Assembly: GCA_963775735.1 (NCBI GenBank)
Contig: CAVZKD010000007.1
Span: 1,174,675 to 1,238,674 of the forward strand
Reading direction: 5' to 3'
Length of the DNA: 64,000 nt
Source: an uncultured Actinomycetes bacterium
GTDB lineage: Bacteria > Actinomycetota > UBA4738 > HRBIN12
Shown here: piece after piece, positions 1 to 9,461 of the stretch
How the letters are laid out: each line of letters opens with the position of its first letter
Position numbering within the stretch: the stretch's first letter is position 1
Position numbers and translations under genes: made by a program
The notes under the pieces: model-generated
The model's input: the letters and a program-made list of their open reading frames with translations, nothing else
Databases searched by the model: none
What the model was told of the DNA's origin: nothing

Positions 1-362
1 ATCGCCGTGCGATCGCCCGCGCCGATGACGAGGGCGTCGCTTCCATCTCGATCATCCACGTAGACGATCCCGAACTCGGGGTCGGCGGAAGCGTGCCGGG
101 CAACACCCACGGGGGACCCTTCCATCGTGTGCTGCCCGAGAGCGGCGGGATCGACGACCCCAGCACGGTCGAGCGCCACGAGGGGCTCGGCGCCGGTCGG
201 GCCCCGCATCACTCCGCGCGGCGTCGCACAACGCGACGCATCCAGCCCTGCGCCAGGGATCCCCATCGCGACCGCCGTCGCGGCTCCGAGGAGGCCGCCG
301 ACGAAGACGGCGGTCGCACGAACCACACGCGGTGAGGTCTTGAGCATCTGTCTGGTCCCCCC

Positions 363-982
363 TCAGTAGCCGGTGACGTATTGGAAGTGCATGGGATCCG
401 GTCGGCTCCAGTTGATGCCCCAGAAGAACCGGTGCGCCCGCCAGACGTCTGGGATGTAGGTCCCGTAGTTGGTCCCGTCTGCTCCGGTGCCGTTCCAGTG
501 GGACTGGCCGAGCGGGTTCCTCGCCGAGTTGGTATCGATCGCTGCGCCGAAGGCGTGCGTCGACCATGCCGTGGAGCCTCGTATCTGACGACACACGTAC
601 CCGTAGACGCCGTAGTCGACCGCGCCGTTGCGGTGCGCCGCCTCGATGTGAGACGCGGACGTTGTGCCCGACGTTCCTCGCGATGTAGGTGTGGTAGTCG
701 ATGTACCCGCCGACGTTCCTCGCGGACTGCGAGGGCCAGTAGGACCGCGCGTTATCTGCTGCGTTGCTGCACGGTTGGCCGAACGTGTCGACGAGATCCT
801 CGTAGCCGTGCGGTCGGGGCGGCACGCCGTTCGAGGAATGGTCGTGCGTCCACCCGCTCATGTGTCCTGCCCACGCGGCGAGCGGTAGCACGGCGAACGA
901 ACGACTCCGCGACGATCAGTGCCACGACCACGACGCGGGTCGACGATGCGGCCGGAAGCCACGAACCCTTCTGAGATCTCAC
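363..982 (-). pseudogene. Secreted M15-type (VanY / hedgehog-fold) cell-wall carboxypeptidase-like protein, frame broken twice as assembled
   Basis: ORF 363..596 carries 'STHAFGAAID' and 'DPMHFQY', zinc-site motifs of the M15 fold. The protein continues upstream only in the frame of ORF 52..891 ('GYEDLVDTFGQPC...YIDYHTYIARNVGHNVRVSH'). It then continues in the frame of ORF 752..1030, where GTG 982 gives 'MRSQKGSWLPAASSTRVVVVALIVAESFV' (signal/TM) with GAGGAGG 7-8 nt upstream. Frame switches lie near ~652 and ~893. Confidence 0.7.
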
Positions 983-1104
983 GCGCGCACCTCCTCGAAC
1001 GATGGGGAGGTGGGAGAGGGGCACGAGCATAACGAACGCGCGTTCGAGGACACATCACCAAACCGGGGGATTCGGACCGATGTGACGGGCGATTCCGTCT
1101 TGAG

Positions 1105-1120
1105 CCGGAGCAGTCTCCGG
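1105..1120 (-). terminator. Candidate hairpin downstream of ppdK (CCGGAG-nnnn-CUCCGG)
   Basis: Perfect 6-bp inverted repeat 'ccggagcagtctccgg' about 60 nt past the ppdK stop on the transcribed strand. There is no U-tract, as is common in GC-rich genomes. Confidence 0.3.
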
Positions 1121-1179
1121 AAGTCGCGCTCGGCCTCGGCGGCCTCGGACAGCTCCCGCGATGTCCTCGGGATCCTCGG

Positions 1180-3900
1180 CTACTTCGACGCGGACTCCGA
1201 GGAACCGACCGCCGCCTGGCCCGCTGCGAGCCGCGCGGTCTCGACGCGGAACGGCGAGCAGCTCACGTAGTCGAGACCCAGCTCGTGACAGAACAGCACC
1301 GAGGCCGGATCACCGCCGTGCTCGCCGCAGATCCCGAGATGCAGCCCCGGGTTGGACGCCTTGCCCTCGCTCCACCGCGATCCGCATGAGTTCCCCCACG
1401 CCGGGGCGATCGATCGTGACGAACGGGTTCGCCGGCACGAGCTTGCGCTCTTCGTACATCCCCACGAACTTGCCGATGTCGTCGCGTGAGAAGCCGAACG
1501 CCGTCTGCGTGAGATCGTTGGTGCCGAACGAGAAGAACTCCGCGACCTCGGCGATCTCGCCGGCGGTGACGGCGGCCGGGGCAGCTCGATCATCGTCCCC
1601 CACTCCAGGTGCTCGAGCTCGACACCAGCGTTCTCGAGGACCTCCGCCGCAACGGGTTCCAGCTCCGCCAGGACCAGTTCCAACTCGGGTTTCGTCGCGA
1701 CCAGCGGGATCATGATCTCCACCTTCGGGTCGCCGCCCTCGCGCTTGACCTGCGCGGCCGCCTCGCAGATCGCCCGGACCTGCATCGCGTACAGGCCAGG
1801 CTTCACGATGCCCAGGCGCACACCCCGGAGCCCGAGCATCGGGTTGGCCTCGTGCAGCTGCCTCACGCTCGCGAGCAGGCGTGTTGCCTCGCCGAGCGAG
1901 AAGACCTCCTCCTTCAGCGTGATCTCGGCTTCGCCTCGCTCCTGGGCTCGAGCGACGCCCACCGTGAGGTCCGTCAGATCCGGCAGGAACTCGTGCAGGG
2001 GCGGATCGAGCAGCCGAACCGTTACCGGCAGACCGTCCATCGCTCGGAAGATCTCGAGGAAGTCACCGCGCTGCAACGGCAAGAGGACCTCGTAGGCGCC
2101 CAGTTCGTCGTCGAGGCTGTCGGCGACGATCATCCTCCGGACGGCCGCGACGCGCTCCCTGCCGAGGAACATGTGCTCAGTACGACAGAGACCGATGCCC
2201 TCGGCGCCGCGCTCGCGCGCGTTCGCGGACTGGTCGGGCGTATCCGCGTTGGCGCGGACCCGCAGACGTCTGCGCAGATCCGCATGCGCCATCAGCCGCT
2301 CGAACGCTCGCCAGATCTTCTCCCCGCGGGCGGCGGCGTCGCCGGAACGCGCCTTCTCCAGCACGGACTCCTCAAGCGGCAGCTCGCCGACGTAGACGTG
2401 CCCGGTGAACCCGTCGATCGTGATGACCTCGCCCTCGGCGACGGTCGTCCCATCGGCCTCGAAGCGCCTGCCCGCCATGTCGAGTCGGATCGAGTCGGCG
2501 CCGCACACGGCGGGGATCCCCTCGCCGCGCGCGACGACCGCGGCGTGCGAGTTGGTCCCGCCAGCGCTCGTGAGGATGCCCTGCGCGGCGATCATGCCGT
2601 GGTAATCGTCCGGTGTGGTCTCGCGACGGACCAGGACCACCTTCGCGCCGTCCCTCGCACGGGCCTCGGCCTCGTCAGCGGTGAACACCACCTCGCCAGT
2701 GGCGGCCCCGGGCGAGGCGTTCAGGCCCTTCGCTATCGCGGCCACGCCGTCGGCATTCACGCGGCGCTTGAACAACTCCTCCAGGCGGTCCGCGTCCACG
2801 CGGAGGAGCGCGGTGTCCTCGTCGATCAGCCCCTCGACGAGCATGTCGTAGGCCATCACCCACTCCGCGAAGGCCGTCCGCTTCCCGATGCGGGTCTGCA
2901 GGATCCAGAGCCGACCCTTCTCGATCGTGAACTCGATGTCGCACATGTCGCGGTAATGCCGTTCGAGCGTGTCCATCACCTCGAGGAGCTGTCGATACGA
3001 CTTCGGGTCGTGCCGCTCGAGCTCCGCGAGCGGGAGCGTGTTCCGGATCCCTGCCACGACGTCCTCGCCCTGCGCGTTGGGCAGGTAGTCGCCGTACGGG
3101 ACCTTGTCGCCGTTGGACGGATCACGCGTGAACGAGACCCCGGTCCCCGAGTCGTCCCCGCGGTTGCCGAACACCATCGCGACGATGTTCACGGCCGTCC
3201 CGAGGTCGTCCGAGATCTTGTTCTGACGCCGGTAGTCACGGGCCCGCTTGCCGTTCCAGCTCTCGAACACGGCGGAGATGGACAGGCGCATCTGCTCCTT
3301 CGGATCCTGCGGGAAGTCGGCTCCCGTGTGCTCGCGGTAGATCGCCCGGAAGCGGTCGATCAGGGCGGCCAGATCCTCCGCGTCGAGGTCCGTGTCCTGC
3401 GCCCCTTCGAACTTCGCCCGCTTCGCCTCGTCCAACGCGGACTCGAAGGCATCCGCCGGTACGTCCATCACGATCTTGCCGAACATCTGGATGAACCGCC
3501 GGTACCCGTCCCGGGCGAACCGCTCGTCTCCGCCGGTCTGCTTCGCGAGGCCATCGACGGACCGGTCGTTCAGCCCGAGGTTCAGGACCGTGTCCATCAT
3601 CCCCGGCATCGAGAACTTCGCGCCCGAGCGGACGGAGACGAGGAGCGGATCGTCGGGGTCGCCGAGTCGCTTGCCCATCGCCTGCTCGAGGCGCTGGAGC
3701 TGCTCCTCGGTCTCCTCGTGCATGCCGGGCGGGGGCCCGCCCTCCGCGAGGTAGCGGAGGCAGGCCTCGGTGGTGATGGTGAACCCCGGGGGCACCGGCA
3801 GGCCCATGTTGGTCATCTCGGCGAGGTTCGCCCCCTTGCCGCCGAGGAGATCCTTCATGTCCCTGTTGCCCTCGGAGAAGTCGTAGGCGTACTTCGTCAT
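1180..3900 (-). CDS. ppdK: Pyruvate, phosphate dikinase (internal compensating -1/+1 frame breaks as assembled)
   Basis: Track ORF 1180..3933, with the start moved to ATG 3900 ('MTKYAYDFSEGNRDMKDLLGGKGANLAEMT'). It has the phosphohistidine loop 'GGTNSHAAVVARGEGIP' and the C-terminal 'GICGEHGGDP...YVSCSPFRV'. The conserved 'AEFFSFGTNDLTQ' block is readable only in the frame of ORF 1310..1603. That implies a missing base at ~1577 (ccccgg[g]cc) and an extra g at ~1363. Confidence 0.93.
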   Translation of the reverse strand: MTKYAYDFSEGNRDMKDLLGGKGANLAEMTNMGLPVPPGFTITTEACLRYLAEGGPPPGMHEETEEQLQRLEQAMGKRLGDPDDPLLVSVRSGAKFSMPGMMDTVLNLGLNDRSVDGLAKQTGGDERFARDGYRRFIQMFGKIVMDVPADAFESALDEAKRAKFEGAQDTDLDAEDLAALIDRFRAIYREHTGADFPQDPKEQMRLSISAVFESWNGKRARDYRRQNKISDDLGTAVNIVAMVFGNRGDDSGTGVSFTRDPSNGDKVPYGDYLPNAQGEDVVAGIRNTLPLAELERHDPKSYRQLLEVMDTLERHYRDMCDIEFTIEKGRLWILQTRIGKRTAFAEWVMAYDMLVEGLIDEDTALLRVDADRLEELFKRRVNADGVAAIAKGLNASPGAATGEVVFTADEAEARARDGAKVVLVRRETTPDDYHGMIAAQGILTSAGGTNSHAAVVARGEGIPAVCGADSIRLDMAGRRFEADGTTVAEGEVITIDGFTGHVYVGELPLEESVLEKARSGDAAARGEKIWRAFERLMAHADLRRRLRVRANADTPDQSANARERGAEGIGLCRTEHMFLGRERVAAVRRMIVADSLDDELGAYEVLLPLQRGDFLEIFRAMDGLPVTVRLLDPPLHEFLPDLTDLTVGVARAQERGEAEITLKEEVFSLGEATRLLASVRQLHEANPMLGLRGVRLGIVKPGLYAMQVRAICEAAAQVKREGGDPKVEIMIPLVATKPELELVLAELEPVAAEVLENAGVELEHLEWGTMIELPRPPSPPARSPRSRSSSRSAPTISRRRRSASHATTSASSWGCTKSASSCRRTRSSRSIAPAWGNSCGSRWSEGKASNPGLHLGICGEHGGDPASVLFCHELGLDYVSCSPFRVETARLAAGQAAVGSSESASK

Positions 3901-3985
3901 CTGGCTGGATGGCCTCCCGCTGCTCGGAGCCACCCAGTCTACGGAAGGAGATCGGACGGTCGGAGGATCGGGCGCGTCGCGAAGC

Positions 3986-4384
3986 TCAGTGCTGCGGCGA
4001 ACGAGGCGGCATGCCGACGAAGGCGGCCGCCATCCCGAGGCACCGCTCGACGTTGTGGTCGTCCCCCGACAGCAACGCCTCGTAGGCGAGGTTCAGCCAG
4101 CCCGAACACTTCTGCGCCAGCTCGATGTCCGTGGTCGCGACCGTTCGGCCCTTACTGAGGACGTCGAGCACCGGGCGATAGGCGGCCCCGAGCACCGCGG
4201 CGGCTCGCGCGTCGAACCGGGCAAGGGAACCGGCCGGCGTCGACAAGGCCTCGCGTTCCGCCGTCTGCCACTGGTCCCGCAGGGCGGAGTAGGCGAGATC
4301 GACCTGCGCGGACGGCGCCCCCTCGCTCGCCACCGCGATCAGCGCACGGATCGCGCGCGTGGTCTGCAGGAGGATGCCGTCCAT
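3986..4384 (-). CDS. Hypothetical helical protein
   Basis: 132 codons from ATG 4384 inside track ORF 3986..4666. The upstream 94 codons are Arg/Ser/Pro-rich and overlap the neighbouring gene. Codon usage is GC3-rich. No family recognised. Confidence 0.45.
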   Translation of the reverse strand: MDGILLQTTRAIRALIAVASEGAPSAQVDLAYSALRDQWQTAEREALSTPAGSLARFDARAAAVLGAAYRPVLDVLSKGRTVATTDIELAQKCSGWLNLAYEALLSGDDHNVERCLGMAAAFVGMPPRSPQH

Positions 4385-4454
4385 CGGGGCACAGTCTGTC
4401 CCCCGCCCGTCGGGCCCACCATCGGCCGTTCGACGCGAAGTCGAGGCGAACGAC

Positions 4455-5813
4455 CTAGGTCGAAGGTTCCTCTGCGGCGGCGGCTTCGAGCGCCGCGAGC
4501 GTCTCGGCGTCGGTCGCGAAGAGGGCCCAGATCTCCTCTCCTCGTGCGGTCGAGACGCTCGCCACCTCGCCGCCGGCATCGATCCACTGCTCCATCGCGG
4601 CGGCGAACTCCGCGGCGTCTCGCTCCGTGTCCCAGACGGTCGCGAGCAGCACGGCGACGTCGTCACCGTTCGACCATGCGCGGTACGTCCCGCCGTCCCA
4701 GCCGGCGGCCGCGGCGTTCGCCTCGGAGCCGCCCATCCGAAGACCGAGCGCGAGCGCGAGCCACGATTCGCCGATCGTCATGACGTCGATGTCTTCCCAG
4801 CCTCGCCCGAGCTCCTCCGACAGGTTCGGGACGTCGACCGGCGTCGGCGCGTCGTTCGGGTACCGCTCCGGATGGATCACCTGCTCCGTCGAGACGGGAG
4901 GGGCGGCGAACGCAGCGTCGACCGCGTCCAGACCGCGCGATGCCTCGAGAGCGGAGATGAACCGCAACCCCTCGTCGTACGACCAGGACTGCAGTCGCTG
5001 GATGAACGGCGGGATGCCCTCGGTCGAGACGTCTTGGGCCGCGGCCTCGATCCCGACCTGCACCTGTTCGGTCGCCGTGAGGAACGTCCGGGCCCACTGC
5101 AGCATGAAGAACGTCGCGTTGCCCTCGACGAGCGCGAGGTCGGCCGCGAGCTCCTCGTCGCGGCATCCGGCGCCGAGGGCGTCGAGCCGCTCGAGCCCGA
5201 ACCGCTGGTCGTCGATCGCGTGGGTGAGCTCGTGGGCGAGCGTGATCCGGTCGTATGGCGAAGGCGACTCGGTGCCGACGAACTTCAGCTCGCCGGTGAG
5301 CGTGTTGTAGTAGCCGATCACCTGGGACCCGCCGTAGTTCTCGTAGGCCTCTCGCAGGCTGGTGCCGTCCGGGATCACGCCGATCGTGTCCCAGGCGAGG
5401 CTTCGCCGCGCGTACTGCTCCTCGGGGTACGAGGTGTCTGCGAATGCCACGATGTCGGCCCCGATCTCCTCCTGCGTGACCGGCTGCGCGACGACCGGGT
5501 GGGTGTAGTCGAAACCGCGGATGCGCTCGAGCTGCCGCATGACCTCCGCGATCACGGGCGGAGTCGGACCCTCGGCGGGAACGTCGGACCCACCCTCCAG
5601 ATCCGGATCGGGGACCTCGCAGAGGCGGCGAGCGGCTCGGGCCGCGGAATCGGGTCCGCCTCCGGCCGGCGGAACGGTTTCGGGGGATGGTGGCACCTTG
5701 GCACTCGAGGACGGTCGGTCCGGTGGCGGCGTCGGTCCACCGATCCCCGCGCCGGTGCAGGCCGCCATCAGGAGCATGATCGCTCCGAGGGCACCGGTCG
5801 TTCGGCGCCTCAC
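4455..5813 (-). CDS. Putative lipoprotein zinc metalloprotease (HExxH, gluzincin-like)
   Basis: GTG 5813 gives 'VRRRTTGALGAIMLLMAAC', a lipoprotein-type signal peptide, followed by a Pro/Ser-rich linker. It carries 'LAHELTHAIDD' (HExxH) and a downstream 'ALVEGNATFF'. The start overlaps the stop of the upstream small gene (GTGA). Confidence 0.7.
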   Translation of the reverse strand: MRRRTTGALGAIMLLMAACTGAGIGGPTPPPDRPSSSAKVPPSPETVPPAGGGPDSAARAARRLCEVPDPDLEGGSDVPAEGPTPPVIAEVMRQLERIRGFDYTHPVVAQPVTQEEIGADIVAFADTSYPEEQYARRSLAWDTIGVIPDGTSLREAYENYGGSQVIGYYNTLTGELKFVGTESPSPYDRITLAHELTHAIDDQRFGLERLDALGAGCRDEELAADLALVEGNATFFMLQWARTFLTATEQVQVGIEAAAQDVSTEGIPPFIQRLQSWSYDEGLRFISALEASRGLDAVDAAFAAPPVSTEQVIHPERYPNDAPTPVDVPNLSEELGRGWEDIDVMTIGESWLALALGLRMGGSEANAAAAGWDGGTYRAWSNGDDVAVLLATVWDTERDAAEFAAAMEQWIDAGGEVASVSTARGEEIWALFATDAETLAALEAAAAEEPST

Positions 5814-6010
5814 GAGCGCCTCGGGAGCACGAGGCTCGCGACGGCGACGGCGATCGCGGCGGCCGAGAGGACGGTTGATGCCCACAGGAGTCCTATCGAC
5901 CGGAGGTTCCCCAACGATGAGGCGACGAGCGAGACCCCGGCCGCCGACAGCAGGACGAAGGCGCCCGCGTACAGGCTGACCGATCCCCGGCGTCGCGTCG
6001 GCGCTCCCAT
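5810..6010 (-). CDS. Small two-TM membrane protein (hypothetical)
   Basis: 66 aa with two hydrophobic stretches ('AGAFVLLSAAGVSLVASSL', 'LLWASTVLSAAAIAVAVASLVL'). It starts 4 nt after the glyQS stop, and its stop overlaps the next start. No strong RBS. Confidence 0.4.
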   Translation of the reverse strand: MGAPTRRRGSVSLYAGAFVLLSAAGVSLVASSLGNLRSIGLLWASTVLSAAAIAVAVASLVLPRRS

Positions 6011-6014
6011 CGTC

Positions 6015-7388
6015 CTACAGGCGTTCGGCGAGGTGGCCGACGAGGTTCGCGATCGGGATCCGGTCCTGCTGCATGGAGTCGCGATCCCGCACGGTGACCT
6101 GCCGGTCCTCGAGCGAGTCGAAGTCGACCGTCACGCACAACGGGGTCCCGACCTCGTCCTGGCGACGGTATCGCCGGCCGATCGATCCGGCGTCGTCGAA
6201 GTCGCACATCCAGCGCTCCTTCACGACGTCGAACACGGCGCGAGCCTCCGGCAGGAGCCGTTCGTGCCGCGACAGCGGCAGGACCGCGACCTTCGTCGGC
6301 GCGAGATCACGGTGCAGGGCCAGGAACGTCCGCTTCTCGGTCCCACCCTTCGCCGTCGGCGCCTCCTCCTCCCGATACGCGTCCAACAGGAACGCCAGCA
6401 CGGCCCGATCCACACCCGCCGCGGGCTCGATCACGAACGGGTGGTACCGCTCGTTCCGCTCCTGATCGAAGTACGTGAGGTCCTGGCCGGAGTGCTTCTC
6501 GTGCTGCTTCAGGTCGAAGTCCGTGCGGTTCGCGATGCCCTCGAGCTCGCCCCACTCGGTGAACGGGAATCGGTACTCGATGTCGACGGTGCGCTTCGAG
6601 TAGTGCGACAGCTCGTCGGCGGCGTGCTCGCGCACCCGCAGGTTCTCCTCGCGTATGCCGAGGTCCGTGTACCAGCGCAGGCGTTCGTTGATCCAGTAGT
6701 CGTGCCAGGTCTCGTCCGTGCCGGGCTCGACGAAGAACTCGAGCTCCATCTGCTCGAACTCGCGCATCCGGAAGATGAAGTTCCCGGGCGTGATCTCGTT
6801 GCGGAACGACTTGCCGATCTGCGCGATCCCGAACGGCACCTTCTTGCGGCTCGCGGCCTGCACGGTGACGAAGTCGACGAACATGCCCTGGGCGGTCTCC
6901 GGCCGGAGGTAGACGGCGTTCGCCTCGTCCTCGACCGGTCCCATATGGGTCCTGAACATGAGGTTGAAGTTGCGGGGCTCGGTGAAGGAATCGTTGCCGC
7001 AGTTCGGACACGTCGGCTGCGCGTGCATGTCGATCGTCGTTCGATCCTCTTCGTGGCCCGACTGCGGGGCGTGGAACCCCTCGAGGTGATCTGCGCGGAA
7101 GCGCTGATGACAGTTGAGGCACTCCACGAGGGGGTCGGTGAAGACATCGAGGTGGCCGCTCGCCTCCCAGACCTTCGGCGACATGACGACCGCAGCGTCG
7201 AGACCGACGACGTCGCTTCGGAGCTGGACGTTCCGGCGCCACCAGGCGTCCCGGACGTTGCGTTTCAGCTCGACGCCCAACGGGCCGTAGTCCCACGACG
7301 AGCGCAGGCCCCCGTAGATCTCGCTGGACTGGAACGCGATCCCCCGCCGCTTGGCGAGGGACGTGATGGCCTCCATGAGCTCGGCCAC
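6015..7388 (-). CDS. glyQS: Glycine--tRNA ligase (dimeric class II)
   Basis: 457 aa with '[20 protein letters not shown]', motif 2 '[25 protein letters not shown]' and motif 3 '[10 protein letters not shown]'. Confidence 0.96.
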   Translation of the reverse strand: MAELMEAITSLAKRRGIAFQSSEIYGGLRSSWDYGPLGVELKRNVRDAWWRRNVQLRSDVVGLDAAVVMSPKVWEASGHLDVFTDPLVECLNCHQRFRADHLEGFHAPQSGHEEDRTTIDMHAQPTCPNCGNDSFTEPRNFNLMFRTHMGPVEDEANAVYLRPETAQGMFVDFVTVQAASRKKVPFGIAQIGKSFRNEITPGNFIFRMREFEQMELEFFVEPGTDETWHDYWINERLRWYTDLGIREENLRVREHAADELSHYSKRTVDIEYRFPFTEWGELEGIANRTDFDLKQHEKHSGQDLTYFDQERNERYHPFVIEPAAGVDRAVLAFLLDAYREEEAPTAKGGTEKRTFLALHRDLAPTKVAVLPLSRHERLLPEARAVFDVVKERWMCDFDDAGSIGRRYRRQDEVGTPLCVTVDFDSLEDRQVTVRDRDSMQQDRIPIANLVGHLAERL

Positions 7389-7500
7389 GACGGTCCTCCT
7401 CTCTCCCGGCCGCTGGCTGCGGCCGCTGGCGTGGCATCCAGTCTACGAGGCGGCACCGTCACGCAGTGGCTAGACTCGGCCGCCGACGAAGGAGGGAGTC

Positions 7501-7863
7501 ATGGCGGGACCCACGGCACGCAGCCTCGATACCCCGGACGACACGCGCTCGTTCGCGCACGGAACCGTGCAGGTCGTCCGGCTCGGCGCGGTCACGATCG
7601 GCAGGGTGCGCTTCGAGCCGGGGTTCCGCTGGTCGAGCGATCTGAAGCCGACCGTCGGCGGGGAGTCCTGCATGATCCACCACAAGGGATACGCACTCTC
7701 GGGGCGTCTGCGTGTGCGGATGGAGGACGGCACCGAGCTCGAGATCGCGGGCGGCGACGCGCACGAGATCCCTCCGGGTCACGACGGCTGGGTCGTCGGG
7801 GACGAGCCCTACGTCGCGCTCGACTTCTCCGAGGACATCTCGATCTTCGCGAAGCCCGCGTAG
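7501..7863 (+). CDS. Cupin domain protein
   Basis: 120 aa with GGAGGG upstream of the ATG. 'GYALSGRLRVRMEDGTELEIAGGDAHEIPPGHDGWVVGDEP' fits the cupin beta-barrel pattern. Confidence 0.7.
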   Translation: MAGPTARSLDTPDDTRSFAHGTVQVVRLGAVTIGRVRFEPGFRWSSDLKPTVGGESCMIHHKGYALSGRLRVRMEDGTELEIAGGDAHEIPPGHDGWVVGDEPYVALDFSEDISIFAKPA

Positions 7864-7883
7864 CGACCGGATCTGACTACGAG

Positions 7884-8636
7884 CTAGTCCGAGTCGTTCT
7901 CGGCCAGCGCGCCGAACCGCCGCGACCGCTTCTGGAAGTCGCGGATCGCCTCGTAGAGGTCCTCGCGTCCGAAGTCCGGCCAGTACACCGGCGTGAAGTA
8001 CAGCTCCGCGTACGCGACCTGCCACAGGAGGAAGTTGCTGATCCGCTCCTCGCCGCTCGTGCGGATGAGCAGGTCCGGGTCGGGCATGTCCGGGTAGTAG
8101 AGCCGGCGCGAGATCGACTCGGGGGTGATCCGCTCGCCCCGCAGCCGGCCGGCGTCGTGATCCGCGATCAACCGCTTGACGGCGTCGGCGATCTCGACCC
8201 GTCCGCCGTAGTTGAACGCGATCGTGAGGGTCATCCCGGTGTTGTCCTTGGTGAGCGCCTCGGAGATCTCGATCTCCCGAAGGACGGATCTCGGCACCCG
8301 CCAGTCGCGGCGGCCCATGAACCGGATGCGGACGTTCATCTCGTGCAGCGCCTCCCGCCGCCGACGCAACACGCCGTTGTTCACGACATCCATCAGGTAG
8401 CGGACCTCGGCCTTCGGGCGGTTCCAGTTCTCCGACGAGAAGGCGAACACCGTGAGCCATCGCAAGCCGAGCTCATCGGCGCCGACCACCGTGTCCCACA
8501 TCGCCTCCTCGCCGGCGTCGTGGCCCTCGGTGCGCGGCAGCCCGCGGAGCTTCGCCCAGCGGCCGTTGCCGTCCATCACGATGCCGACGTGGCCCGGCAG
8601 CCGTTCGCGGTCGAGATCGTGGAGGTAGGTGCTCAT
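7884..8636 (-). CDS. uppS: Isoprenyl transferase / undecaprenyl diphosphate synthase
   Basis: 250 aa with 'HVGIVMDGNGRWA', 'FAFSSENWNRP' and 'RTSGEERISNFLLWQ'. The start overlaps the recO stop by 4 nt. Confidence 0.95.
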   Translation of the reverse strand: MSTYLHDLDRERLPGHVGIVMDGNGRWAKLRGLPRTEGHDAGEEAMWDTVVGADELGLRWLTVFAFSSENWNRPKAEVRYLMDVVNNGVLRRRREALHEMNVRIRFMGRRDWRVPRSVLREIEISEALTKDNTGMTLTIAFNYGGRVEIADAVKRLIADHDAGRLRGERITPESISRRLYYPDMPDPDLLIRTSGEERISNFLLWQVAYAELYFTPVYWPDFGREDLYEAIRDFQKRSRRFGALAENDSD

Positions 8637-9373
8637 ATCGCGAGGCTCCGGGCGAGGATCGGAAGGCTCTTCATGCGGCGCTCCAGGTGGTACTCCGTGA
8701 ACCCGAACAGCAGGGCACGGGACTCGCGCCTCACGGAGGTATCGGCCCGCACCGCTCCCGCCTCAAGCAACCCCGTGCTCCCAAGGGTCGCCAGGAACGC
8801 GAGCGCGTCGAGCGACGCCGGGCCGGCCCCGAGCTCGGCGTCGGCCGAGCAGACCGCGCCGCCCTGGCCGCTCGAGAAGCGCTCGGCGCCGGGGCGGCCG
8901 CACACGGCACACGTCGTGAGCGACGGGTGGAACCCAGAGAGCGACAACAGCTTCAGCAGGAACGACTCGGCGACGGCCGCGGGGTCGTCGGGCCGAGCAT
9001 CGAGCGCGCGCAGGCCGGTCAGCAGGAGCAGGAACAGCCGCACGTTGCGCTCGTGCTCCTCGGCGACCCGGTCGACGGCCTCGAGCATCGTCTCCCCCGC
9101 GGCGAACAGGCCGAGGTCGCGTCGCAGCGGCATGAACGGCGAGACGATCTCGGCCTGGCTGACGGTGTCCAGGGAACCCCTTCCCCGGTAGACCATGAGC
9201 GACACGTGCGTGAACGGCTCGAGCCGGGCGCCGAAACGTGACGTCGTCTTGCGGATGCCCTTCGCGACCGCGCGGACCTTGCCCGAGCCCTGGGTCATGA
9301 CCGTCACGATCTTGTCGGCCTCGCCCAGCTTGATCGAGCGCAGCACGACGCCCTGTTCCTTGTAGAGGGGCAT
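8633..9373 (-). CDS. recO: DNA repair protein RecO
   Basis: Track ORF 8633..9412, with the start moved to ATG 9373 ('MPLYKEQGVVLRSIKLGEADKIVTV...'). It shows an OB-fold N-terminus and the Cys cluster 'CAVCGRP...GGAVCSADA'. Confidence 0.9.
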   Translation of the reverse strand: MPLYKEQGVVLRSIKLGEADKIVTVMTQGSGKVRAVAKGIRKTTSRFGARLEPFTHVSLMVYRGRGSLDTVSQAEIVSPFMPLRRDLGLFAAGETMLEAVDRVAEEHERNVRLFLLLLTGLRALDARPDDPAAVAESFLLKLLSLSGFHPSLTTCAVCGRPGAERFSSGQGGAVCSADAELGAGPASLDALAFLATLGSTGLLEAGAVRADTSVRRESRALLFGFTEYHLERRMKSLPILARSLAI

Positions 9374-9461
9374 CTCGGAATGGTAGCCCCGGCATACGGC
9401 CGGCCGGCTCATCTGATGTTGCGGAAGTGTGGAATCGGTCGGGCGGCCTCTGCTGGACCGC

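Noticed and set aside
983-1179. Possible c-di-AMP (ydaO-type) riboswitch in the leader of the M15 cell-wall peptidase. The leader contains 'GUCCGAAUCC' and an imperfect hairpin at 1051..1084.
   Set aside because: Such riboswitches often precede actinobacterial wall hydrolases. However, the other conserved cores I remember (ACGGGGGACCCA-like and CAGCUAACC-like segments) are absent. An Infernal/Rfam RF00379 scan would settle it. Unsupported as it stands.
1609-4158. 849-aa plus-strand ORF
   Set aside because: It is antisense to ppdK, has low-complexity Arg/Leu/Asp/Gly composition and no motifs.
4359-9191. 1610-aa ORF on the plus strand, the longest in the track
   Set aside because: It lies antisense to six well-supported minus-strand genes (metalloprotease, small membrane protein, glyQS, uppS, recO) and in an alternate frame across the plus-strand cupin. 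Its composition is Arg/Gly/Pro/Asp/Val-rich with no recognisable motif. It is the expected stop-free antisense frame of GC3-rich coding DNA.
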